DNA of 64,000 nt. Source: Rhizodiscina lignyota (lineage: Eukaryota). This document shows, one piece after another, positions 35,837 to 46,907 of this stretch. The notes beneath the pieces are model-generated. The model was given only the letters and a program-made list of their open reading frames with translations, was not told the DNA's origin and searched no databases. Position numbers and translations under genes: made by a program. Location of the stretch: positions 868,001 through 932,000 of the forward strand of contig ML978126.1 of the NCBI GenBank assembly GCA_010015805.1. Direction: 5' to 3'. Position 1 is the first letter of the stretch, and every line of letters starts with the position of its first letter.

Positions 35837-38800
35837 CTACATCACAATGCAGCCCAGGCCAAACATTGCTCTTTCCACAGCAGTTCTGACTTCAAACCAA
35901 TCCGCCCGTCTCTCCGCAAACTCTAGCACCTCTTCTGCTCTGAAAATGCCATAGTATTTGTCCTGATCTGCGATAATCGAAGCCAACTCTTTAGGATAAT
36001 GCTTTGCATCTATCAGATAAATCTGCGCCAGTTCCCGAAGTGCGGCGAAATACGGGGTCAACGCTTTGTTCTTGAGGGTGACGATGTAGGAGTAGTAGTG
36101 GGTCGTGTCACTGACAGAAGCATATTAGCATTGCAGAGGCCAGAATGAAGCCGGAATGTGGGCCGAGTAGAAAGCAACGTACCTAATGAGCTTAATAGAT
36201 CCATCAACACTGACCCTCTGCCGCTTCAGATGCTTACACAGCGCCTGAAACAACCGAACACCGACCTCCTGGTTGAACACTTCGAGCATATTCTTATCCG
36301 TACTGCCGACAAGCATACTCGTATGGCTGCTCACGATATCTACGACTTTCTTCGCGGTCTCTGTCGGCCCCATGTCAAAGTCAACGGCACCCCCCTGTTT
36401 CCCATTCGCCGTAGGCGCTGCACCAGGATTAAATGTTGCTGCACCTGGAGGTTGGGTGGTTGCGCAGATAAACTCGACTTCGTCGATCAGAACGTCAATG
36501 CCCTTGTTTAGGCCAGCAGCAACACGCTCGTCCAGCATCTGCTCGAAGCGCTTCTTCTCGTTAACCGCCGGGCTGAGAAAGTCATCTCGATCAACCAGCT
36601 TCGCAGCTGCGAGTTCTTGGAGGAAGAAGACGTCAATCATTTGCTGAATCAGATCGCCAACGTTCACCAGTTCGAGGAACGTCACAAGCGGCTCCACTCC
36701 TTTACCGCCCTGGTCACGGCTGTGCTCTGCGACAGTCCGAGGATCGTAATCGGAGAGATGATTGACAGCCTTGTCGAAACCAGTCTTGATATGTCGCGTG
36801 CCGAGTATCTGTAGCAGCGCTACGAAAATAGCTTCGCACTGTTCACGTGCCTCCTCTCCCGATTGACCGCCCATCTTGACGAGCAGAGCTGCGCGTTCGA
36901 GCGAGGATTTAGCAGCGTGAGTTAGATTGAGCGCGATTTCGATGCTGAAGAGACCTGCTAAACCTGCAAGGCGGGTCGACATGATTGCTGCCTTTGCCGC
37001 AAGCTCATTCGTCGGCGCTTCAGATCCTGGCTTTGGCGATATGCGGCCCGCACCAGGAACCGGGGTCGATGATCTTGATGGAGGCTCGAGTGTATCGCTG
37101 TTTGAAATTGCGGTCGTAGGTGTGATCACGCTTGAATGGGTCTTGCTGGTGGCGAATGAAAAGGGCGATGATATGGGAATAGTAGGCAGCACATTGACGG
37201 GCATCATGACGACTTTCTTAAAACTGCTGAGGAAATCATTCTTCACGGCTTGCCGGTTGACATTGGACATGTAGAAGGACTCGTTGCTCGCCTCTTCGTC
37301 TTTCAGCCGCTTCTCCCATGCGTCAACTTCGGCATTGCTCTTGCTCTTAAAGAAGTCAATTTCCTCGTTCAGATACAGATCGGCGTGCGGCTCGAAGCAA
37401 CGCGTTACCACTTGCTTGACCTGCTCGGGGAAATCTGGCTTTGAAGCTTTCGCCGGTTGTAAGCTGTTTGCAAACTGCAGGCCCTGCTCCAACAGGCTAG
37501 CAACAGCTTTGAGATATGATTCAATGTTCTTGCCGTGTGCTTCGTCGAGTACAGTGGTAATGTATTCGGAGATAATATCTTCACCAACACGCTCAACGAA
37601 CGGGAGGAGCACGTCCACTGTTGGCGGGAAAACTCGGTCGATAACTGCGGCTTGCTCGTTCAATGACATCGACAGACTGCGGAAGAACTCATATGATGGA
37701 CCAGGTGAGATACCTCCTATCGGAGCATCTCGTATGCAGTCCAGTGGATTACCAAGTCTGTCTTTGTGCACCATCAGAGTGTGGTTCTGAATGTAGATAT
37801 CGATCCCACCAGCACCCCCGTTGAGCGTGACAAGCACATGTGCATATCTCCGCATCCGGCCATCGTAGTCTTGCGCTTCATACCCCTGCTCGAATTCCCT
37901 GAGAACCGCGTTCTCAAAAATGCTAGTCATGGACTCCAGACGCTCTTCTCTCGTATACCACCCATCTGCATAGTCGCTCTTTGCAAATATTTCCAGCTGT
38001 GCCAGCATTTGCGCCTGCTGCTCTGGATCTCTGTATGTTTGAAATAACACAGGATCCGTGTGGCTTGTCGACCTCGCCATATCAAAGTAGAAAGGCGCAA
38101 GCGCTCCGTAAACCTTCCCATACTCTTGTCTCGCAGCGCCACGCAGCGACCTGACCTTCGACAGAACCTTCAATGCCACCATGGGATCCCGATACGCAGG
38201 TTGTGGTGCACTCGGCGTCCCATTTGTGCCCATCGTAATGTTCTCGAATCCACTGCTTAGACTCTCCTTCCTCGCTCGTGCAAGCTTAACCTGCCTCTCC
38301 TTCTCAACGCTCGCCCTCTGCCGTTCTCTCTCCTCCTCAAAGCCCGCATCAAAAAGTGTCGTAATCCCACCTCCTCTTCCAGACACACCGCTCGCACTAC
38401 TGAGACTCGCAACCACACTGCCATTGGCAGCAGCAGCAGCAGCAGCAGGCGGTCCTGGTCCTCTCCCCATGCGTCTCATCATCTCCTCAGCCCGCTTCCT
38501 CGCCTCCGCCTCATCCCACACCCCCATACTCTGCAGCCTCTTCACCCACCGACTGTCATCGTACACCATCTCGCGCATACGCTTGCTCGTGCACGCGAAC
38601 CGCATCAGCTCCTGCATGGGCAAGTAGTCCAGCACCAGCTCGATGAGCTCGGCGGGTAGCACGGGCTTGCCATTTGCAGCAACAGAGGGCGTTATGATCT
38701 GTGTGGCTTTGAGGGACGCGAGGACGGCGGAATGGCGAGGGTTTGCGGCGACGCTTTGCGGTCTGCTGGCAGATCGTGAGGAGGAATTGGGGGTGCTGGA

Positions 38801-38845
38801 TCGGGGACCGCCGGGGCCTACAGAGGCCCGTTTGAAATTTGACAT
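35837..38845 (-). CDS. RCY1: F-box + Sec10-like domain protein, recyclin Rcy1/Pof6 (exons 36183-38845, 35837-36110)
   Basis: F-box LPAELIELVLDYLPMQELMRFACTSKRMREMVYDDSRW, a Sec10-like helical region (KKRFEQMLDERVAAGLNKGIDVL), and C-terminal YGIFRAEEVLEFAERRADW..VERAMFGLGCIVM ending in a CAAX-like motif. Intron 36111-36182. The probable start is ATG 38845; an in-frame upstream ATG lies at 38983. Confidence 0.9.
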
Positions 38846-39340
38846 GTTGAGGGAAGCAAGGGAGTAATTGTTCAGGGTGCTAGATGCATTCTTTGTGGGT
38901 TGGTGAGCCGCACCCGCGGCGATTAATTCGAGAGGCGAGAGGATTGGGCGACGTGGATGTGAAGAAACGCGAAGTGGATGCATGTGGGTCCGCCACGGCG
39001 GGTCTGGGGTAAGGGCTTACTCTATGCTCTGATGCGAGATGATGTTTGTTTGTAAACAAATGTTTTTGAACATGAATTTTTATTTCTCAAGCGTGAAAAG
39101 GGTTTCTAGAATCACTGTCACACTGGATTTATTTGGGTTACGAATTCACGTTCAGCTACTTCATCAAACTTCACGCGGATAGTACGAAGACCACGTTCAT
39201 ATATGCAGCGCTTCGTATTACTCATCGCTAGGATATTTACGGATTATATATTCAGATCAGTCGTCAGGATATGAAGCAAATGGAGCTGCAACGTCCATTG
39301 GTCTCATGGTACCACTTCCACACACTCTCTATATTGTTTC

Positions 39341-39994
39341 CTACAGCATCGCCAACACTCCCACCATAGCAGCACCCAAGCCCACACCAATGGTAGCCGC
39401 CGCACCAGTAGATTGCGACGCTGCGCTCGCTGAAGTCGAGGATTCGCTGCTCGATGCTGATGCCGCGCTTGCACTTGTACTAGCAGAACTCGAGCTTGAG
39501 CCGGTCGTGGAAGAGTGAGTCGCGCTCGAAGAGCCACTCTTCGAGGTTCCTGTGCTGCTTGCACTAGACGTGCAAGATGCACTTGTAGGGAGGTTGACTT
39601 TGAAGGGCTTGCAGATGTTGTCGGCGAACTGGATCGTTTCTGCGCGCACAACCGTTAGTGACTGGAAACGGTCTGTGAAGATTGCAAGGGAAGCACGCAC
39701 TGTCTATATCAGCCTGCTGACACGTCTTGGAGACACAGCAGGCCAGGCCAGAGATGAGGGTAGAGTTGTGGCAGATGCAGCTTGCGTCGATACTGCCGCA
39801 GCCAGATTGAGCGATGCTGTTACCCACGCATGCTTTCTGGTGTTGGGTTAGTTAATTCACTCTTCTGGACCAGGTCCTTTACAAAATTTCATGCGAGAAG
39901 TACATACTGAACAGTCAGGCAAGCTCGATGTGTCGACTTGAGCCAGCGCAACTGCGACAAAGCTCGCCACCGCGGTCAAGAGATAGAATCGCAT
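39341..39994 (-). CDS. GPI-anchored CFEM-domain cell-surface protein (3 exons)
   Basis: Signal peptide MRFYLLTAVASFVAVALA, CFEM cysteine pattern LPDCS-KACV..GCGSIDASCIC..LACCVSKTC..IC, a Ser/Thr-rich stalk, and a hydrophobic GPI signal GAAATIGVGLGAAMVGVLAML. Confidence 0.92.
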
Positions 39995-40323
39995 GGTGTC
40001 GATCCGCGGTTGTAATTTAGTTGAGGAGTTTGGCAAGCAGTGGCTGTTACAACCGGTTCACGATGAGAGAGGAAGAGGAGCCCAATTGAGGTTGAATGAG
40101 AGTGAGGAAAGGAAAGAGAAGGTGCAGAGCATCGCGGAATGCTTCAGATAGATGGTTGTGCCTGCTTCAATACCTTCCTTTAGTACCGCGGAGTGGTGCA
40201 GGGCCAATGGGAGGTCTAGATGCAAAAAGCGGGGCCTCGCAGCCGCCCACTTTTAGCGCCGATTCGGACCAGACGACTCGTGGACTGTTCCTGAGCAATG
40301 CCAGTGGTGCAAAGAGATTGGGA

Positions 40324-40363
40324 AGTGCTATGAGGCTCAAACGAGTGCTATGAGGCTCAAGCG
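40324..40363. repeat. 20-bp tandem duplication AGTGCTATGAGGCTCAA[A/G]CG x2
   Basis: Units 40324-40343 and 40344-40363 differ at one base. The repeat lies upstream of the CFEM gene. Confidence 0.85.
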
Positions 40364-41262
40364 ATTGTCATTGCACAGACAAGTCGAACAGGACATGCGG
40401 AATTGCCGAATCCATTTTCAACTTCCTTAGGCTTCATGGGACTTTTGGCCCCCAATTCCATGCTTCATTACTCGTCCTGCCTCCCAGCCTTGTCCCGTCC
40501 GTTCGGGAGCAAATCATACATTGTGGACGAGTTCGGGGTGCATGTTGGAGCAATAACTACGGAGTATAGATCTCGTATTCTGCATTCGAGTGGCACTCTG
40601 GTTGGTCTTCTACGACGACACAAGGCTGAAGTTCGGTAGGGTTACCTAAAGCAGATTAAGTGAATTCCATTTATTCCTCGAGTCACCGGGCAGTTAGCTA
40701 ATGACCAATATAGAACGCTTACGTGGACGTAGTAGCGATGACTGTTCTAAGATGTCGTCTGGTGTCGGGTGGGTAGTAGATTTCCAGGAAACTTCTTCTA
40801 GAGCCTCATTCTATATTCCCGAAGCTAACAATCAGCCATAAAAGCTACTTCTATACCTGCGGCTAAATCGCACGAATTAGGGAATGTGTGGACGGTGTGC
40901 ATTATTAGTGATGCACCAGGGAAAACCCGGCGCCAATGAGAGATCTACAATCCTCAGCCCGACGACCCCATGCGAGTTGCGGACAGCGCGGAGCAGTATT
41001 GCATTTCTAGCTTTCCTTCCTTCATGCTAGGGCAAATCCCGTATCGTTAACATTTGATACGGTGCAACCAAAAGCCGCCGCCTTTTCCGTCATTTTCATG
41101 GCGTAAAGCGATTGGTTTTGCGCAAGGCTGGATCCTTCCAACCTGTGCAATGTATTTGAATCACAGCGACCCAAGTCTGCCCATGTTACGACTCTCCCAC
41201 ATTGGATTCAGTTCTTTATACATGAAATCACTCTTGCGATATTGAAAGACGATTCTTTCCTG

Positions 41263-43523
41263 ATGGAGCGAGAAAGAAACCTAATGGGTCGCTATGGGCG
41301 GCTTGATAGTTCGGACGCCCAAGAAGCTGCAACTCAAGCCTCAAACGAGAGCTACACTCACATACGTGATGCTCCCCTTACTCCAGCCCAGGACGACGAA
41401 GGAGTATCGGACGGTCCAAGACCAACAGATCAGAGCCATCAGCTTGCTCCCGAAGAGTCTTTACTCGGTTCCCGCACCAGCCTCGAGATGCAAAAACAAG
41501 ACGAAAAGAATTCGACCTTTCCACCAGATCCGATTCCAAGCATATTCAGTTGGCATGGCTGGCTGCTTGAATGCGGTAGCCTTTTTATCGCCTTCGCATC
41601 TCTTGCCGGACTCAGCGGCCTTCTTGCCTATTATGATGAGAAGGTCGAACCGAAATTCTCTTTGGATGTCACTCTCAACACACTGGTTTCTATCGTGTCA
41701 ACCGTTTTTGCCTTTAGTCTAGAGGCCCCAGTAGCGACGATGCTCGGCCAGATGGCCTGGACCTTGTTGAAGCGGAGGACACGTTCACTAGAAGAGGTCT
41801 GCGTTTATGATGATGCGAGTCGGGGCCCCACTGGCAGTATTAGGCTGCTAATTCGAACCAAATTCTTGTGAGTAATATGTTTCCATTCACTCAGCACTAC
41901 AGCACCAGTCACTCTGCGTATTTCGAAGAAGACAGCTGATTCTCTTAAAGGCATGTCTCCGCGATCGGTGCCGTCGTCACTTTACTGACATTGTTCCTTG
42001 ACCCATTCTTCCAACAAACACTGAAATATGACTACCGGCCAATCATTGACGATAGTATGCACAGCGAAGCGCTTGCAGCATATCAGTATAACGGAAGTGC
42101 CAATTCAGATCTGTGGAATATGATATCGCCAGATTCGGGATGTAAGCAATTCATCTTGAGAAATAATGATATATATGTACTTACTCATGCTGCAGTTGGT
42201 GCTATCCCATATAATCTAAGAGCAGCCATCTATGATGGCCTGACGTCCTCCAACCAGCTGTCGCTTCCTTATCCATACTCCAATTGTCCCACAGGCAACT
42301 GCACATGGGATCCATTTGGGACTCTTGCGGTGAATGTGAATTGCTCGAATATCACGTCAAGCGTCAAAATCGATTGCTCCAATGAAAATACAGCGAATCA
42401 AGCTTGCACTTTCAAAGGCAACGACGACTATCTTATGGCCACGATGCTCAATGGCTCAACACCTACAACATGGATGGTGCTGGGCTCGGCAATGTGCGTG
42501 CAAGGAAACATGAACGCACTCTGTGGAACTGCCAGTGCGCCCTTGGGCATGGTACATTGGGTAAGAGTGACTGGAGTCTCTGGAGATATATTGGGCGACT
42601 CGCTCCAACCGAACACAGGCTTCGAAGCATCTCGATGTCTATTTTACACCGCGGTCAATGAAATCCAGCCCGTGGTCCAGAACGGCACATATTCCGAGCA
42701 ATTTATTCAAGAATACCACTTGGCGGAGAACTCAAGCCTCAGTTACTTCAACAACGACGATAAATTTTCGAACTCGAGCGACATCCCAAAAGGATACAAC
42801 AAGCCGCTTTACCATGTCCACAATCCTTACGACACAAGTGATATCATTTTTAAACCACCTTTCGCAGGAGGGTCTCCGAACCTTCACGACAACTTCTCGA
42901 TCGATGGGACCGCATTCTGGGACCTGGTCAGTCCTTTCGACGGAAGGGAAGGACTGAGTATGATTGGGGGAACTCTCAACACTGATCTACCCGACCCGAA
43001 TGACCTTTTCCGATCCTCCGGCGCAAGTATTACTCTTATGCTCTGGGAGAGTCCTGATATAACCGTTACCATGAAAAACGTCGCTCACTATATGACGAAT
43101 GCGCTGCGAAACAACGACACTCTGCTTTTGCAAAACGAATCGCACAATTCGACAATTCTCGCACCAGACCAGGTCGTCAGCGGTCGCGTTAATACAATGG
43201 CACCATTTGTCGTCGTTCGCTGGGCCTGGCTTACTCTTCCGCTAGTCTCACTATTACTTGCTGGCGTCTTCATTGCCTCCGGCATCCTGATGACATACCG
43301 AAGCAGAGTCGGTCTGTGGAAGTCGAACCCGCTGACCCTCTTTTTCCAAGCTCGGCCAAAGCCGACGGAGGATTCTGAGAGTCTTCTTGGTACACGAACG
43401 TTTGGTTCCGCAGATGCTATGGAAGACGAAGCCCACCAGTATGAAGCTCGGGTTTTGCCGGGTGACGGTCTAGGCATTCAAATATGGCGAAGAGAGGCGG
43501 CTACATCTTCTCAGGCAACGTGA
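41263..43523 (+). CDS. DUF3176-family membrane protein (exons 41263-41867, 41951-42141, 42196-43523)
   Basis: Motifs WLLE..SL, VTLNTLVSIVSTV, MLGQMAW, YDDASRGPTGS, LDPFFQQ, CPTGNCTWDPFGTLAV..C and FVVVRWAWLTLP..WKSNPL. Introns 41868-41950 and 42142-42195. Confidence 0.85.
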
Positions 43524-43985
43524 TAATAGTCGGCGCGTAGAAGGCCATATGGTCGGGAAATTCTTCCTCGTGCTCCTTGCTCTCGTTTGGCAGCTGGGCT
43601 GCGTTGCTTCTAATCATGATGGATCTGATTGCGGCTTCTCCATTTTCAATTCATACTGAGGGCGCTTATGGCGCAGGCCGAGACTGAGCAAACATTTCGG
43701 CGTCAGAACGTAACAACAGGAAGGCGACACGGTGCAAAGAGCCCGAAAATTCTGAGCTGCGAACTCGGGGAGTGGCCCCCGTTCGATGTCGAAGGCAAAG
43801 AGATAGCAGCGTACGACTTCACGAAAACGCTGCTCCTATAACCTGGGTCGAATGTTTGCACAAACTGAGCATAATTTATCCTCTTTTGGCGGCTTCCCGT
43901 CACACTGTGAAACGTCTATCAAACTTGCTAGAGCAGTATTGAAATCCTATCAAACCACCACTCAGCCTCTCAGTCTCCGGAGATA

Positions 43986-44455
43986 CAGGCGGAGTCGAGT
44001 ACGGAGTCCTCCCCCTTTCGCGAGATACGACCTTTAGAATACGCTCGGGCCCTATTTTACAGCTAATTAGCTAGTAGTACTCGGACCTTCGCTATTTACC
44101 TTATTATAAAAGATTTAAACCTTACTACTACTAAATATTCTAAATATTTTGAACTTAGTATTAAGGTTTTAGAACTTTATGTACTTATTTTCTACTATAC
44201 TACTATTAATACGTTATATAATATTTTAAACTATAGTTAGTTGCTTTAAAAATACGTAGATTTTTAAAGATTTTTAGATTCTTCAGCCTTCTATAGCCGT
44301 ACATAGATTAATATCGTAAGTTATTCAATAATTAGCTAACTAAACCGATAGCGTTACATACTAACCTTAGAAATTAATACGCGGCGTAAATTTGACCCAG
44401 AACGCGGAGACCTGGTCAAGCGAAATAGGGAGGACTCCGTACTCGACTCCGCCTG
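43986..44455. mobile_element. 470-bp non-autonomous Tc1/mariner(pogo)-type DNA transposon (MITE) with RIP-like AT-rich core
   Basis: Perfect 28-bp terminal inverted repeats CAGGCGGAGTCGAGTACGGAGTCCTCCC (43986-44013 and 44428-44455), extendable to 36 bp with 2 mismatches. TA target-site duplication at 43984-43985 and 44456-44457. The interior is strongly AT- and TpA-rich, unlike the flanks. Confidence 0.92.
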
Positions 44456-45810
44456 TAGCTCACCCAACCTGAATATAGGCGGAAAGTACCGTTTCTGACC
44501 TTGAAATGGCAAACCAATAAAATCAATGTGTGTCACCACAGGCACTGCACTCAGAATTCGCAGACGGCGGAATCGTCGCATATTTAGTTTCGCTTCAGCC
44601 TCACAGTTGATCTTTGGTGCGGCCGGGCCGTGGCTAGGGCGCCGCTTTTCAATTGGAATACATGTAGTGTCAGCCCGAGCAGCTGATATAACCACCTCAT
44701 CATACATGTAGTCGAGGATGCGACAAGATATCGTTCCGCACTGGTTACTACGTAGCTGTCAGCTCATATCTGACCACAGTGGGCGAATACCTGCTAAGAC
44801 ATTTCTACCAGGCGTCTTACCATGTGACATCTTCATCGAGCGCACCCCGAGCGAGATTCCCACAGCCTGGGCAGGGGTTTTCGAAGCCGAAGGAGCGTTT
44901 GAATACCATACTCATTGCCACTCTCTGCCCTGGGAAGAAGCTAGTCTCCCAGTCATCGGAGAGATCGATGTCCCTTCTGGTACCCATGTCTTGAATAACA
45001 AAGTCGCCTCGTTCGATCATTTCAGCGCCGACACCGGTAGACTTAAAGTTGACTTTCAAGACCGCTGTTAGAGCCTCGGCAGACCTGACAAATTCGAGAT
45101 GGAAGGGACTGTGCCTCCCAAGCGCATCGATCATATACACCGGCTCCTGGTTGCCTCCAACTTGGCGCGGTATAGAGCGGATATACTGTTGAATGTCGTA
45201 TATGGCACTGAATACCTGTAGATTTAGACTAATGATCTTACCGCTAGCCTCGAGCAAGCGTCTCCCTTGATCAATATTCTCTGACAACTTGCTCAGGCAA
45301 TCGTTCGAGAATTGAACGATGAGCCCGGCAAGGGTCTTCTGCTGTTGATTCCGCCTTTTCTCGCGAATGGTCGCCGCATTTATCTGGACTGCAGACAGCA
45401 GAAACTCGATCGAGCTTATGTGTCCCTGGATTTGAGCCCTGAAGCTCTCCAAGTCCTCCTTTTTGCATGTCACCCATTTTATTTTCGCCCAGCTATCCTT
45501 TATCCTGGATCCCGAACCGCCCTTCCTCAGACGCGGCTGGTATTTCTGTATGGTTCTCCAGAAGTCGTCAATCGTTCTTTGACACTGCGCAGCAGCTTGT
45601 TGTAGTGCTAGTAATTCCGCATGTTGCGATTCTTCGAGTTCGAGTCGCTGAACGCGGAGCAGTGCGTCCTGCAGAGTCTCGAGTTGGTTGAGAAGGCTGC
45701 GGAAGACTGCTCCGGAATTTGAGGATTCTCGGAGGGCGTCGACAAACTGTTTTAACTAGGTCAATCGCGGCGATGAAATCGCCGACAGAGAAGCCAAAGC
45801 CAACGGACAT
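44354..45810 (-). pseudogene. HeLo-like N-terminal domain + ubiquitin-like domain gene, disrupted by a +1 frameshift (45744-45746) and by the MITE at its 3' end
   Basis: MSVGFGFSVGDFIAAIDLVKTV, then one extra T, then VDALRESSNSGAVFRSLLNQLETLQDALLRVQRLE..QCQRTIDDFW..IKDSWAKIKWVTCKKED, continuous with ORF 44817-45473 (EPVYMIDALGRHSPFHLEF..FFPGQRVAMSMVF..CPGC). Intron 44748-44820 joins ORF 44354-44707, which runs into the right TIR. Confidence 0.8.
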
Positions 45811-46463
45811 CGCGTCAACTACTCGCCACCATAAGGACGGATACAAAGGAATTTGTGCTCAAGTAGGAGAGAATTAGAAATGCGCGAGGCTGAGATTCCC
45901 CTCGTTGTTGGCGACGCTGCACCTGCATGGGTGAAATGACGAATGGGGACTTCGATTCAAGCACCTGCAGAAGAACAGAGCAACATGCGCAGAAGACAAT
46001 CTCTGGAAGACAAACTTATGAAACTACTCAAACCAAACAACAGGGCATCACTTCTGACTATGAGAATATCAACAACACTTGGAATAACGCTGGATAGACT
46101 TTCGATACTTGAAATATCGGCTCCGTATATACAATCGGATGTACTCTAGCTTTTTACGATTGGACCTACACTTGTGACGTGCACCGTGAAAGGATAGGTA
46201 GGAACTGACAATTTGAAGCTGTGGCATGTGGTCGTCAACCTTCTGTTGGAATATCATGGTCTCGTCTCAAACAAGCGACGACGAATCTGATCTTTTCAAG
46301 CGAGGGTGCGGGTCGAGACTCTCCGCCAATCACGTGTGTGGTGTGAGATGGAGGTCAAGGTCCGAGGGCTTTAAACATATTTTTCATCGAAAGCTTCAGG
46401 AGTCAATTACTACAGACTTTCCAAGTATCAACTTTCAATTGACTCTCCGAATTCAAATCCACC

Positions 46464-46907
46464 ATGCCAGACGACAAGAACAACCGCAAGCTCGACTCCG
46501 CCAGCAAGGCGATGTTTGAGGAGGGCATCAAGGCCCGCCGCGAGGTCCTCGGCGATGCTCACGTCGACCGCTCGCTCCGCAATGCCACCGAATTCAGTCT
46601 GCCGATTCAACAGCTCGCCACCGAAGTAGGCTGGGGAGTCATCTGGACGCGTCCTGGGATTTCTCGCAAGACTCGATCGTACATGAACATTGGAATGCTG
46701 TGTGCGCTGGGGAAGAGTCACGAGCTGGGCGTGCACGTGAGAGGTGCAGTTCGGAACGGACTCACTGAGGAGGAGATCCAGGAGGCGCTGCTGCATGCGA
46801 CTGTCTATTCGGGCTTTCCGGCCGGCTTGGAAGCGTTTAGGGTTGCAGGGCAGGTGTTGGAGGAGATGAAGAAGAGTGGTGAGCTGCGGCCCAAGGCAAA
46901 GCTGTGA
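46464..46907 (+). CDS. Carboxymuconolactone decarboxylase (CMD/AhpD)-family protein, intronless, with PTS1 AKL
   Basis: Motifs GIKARREVLGDAHVDR, WGVIWTRPGISRKTRS and HELGVHVRGAVRNGLTEEEIQEALLHATVYSGFPAG. The protein ends PKAKL. Kozak context ccaccATG. Confidence 0.92.
   Translation: MPDDKNNRKLDSASKAMFEEGIKARREVLGDAHVDRSLRNATEFSLPIQQLATEVGWGVIWTRPGISRKTRSYMNIGMLCALGKSHELGVHVRGAVRNGLTEEEIQEALLHATVYSGFPAGLEAFRVAGQVLEEMKKSGELRPKAKL

Noticed and set aside
38428..38448. (GCA)n microsatellite
   Set aside because: It simply encodes a poly-Ala tract in Rcy1.
40324..40363. CRISPR-like repeat
   Set aside because: Only two abutting units, no spacers, and a eukaryotic context.
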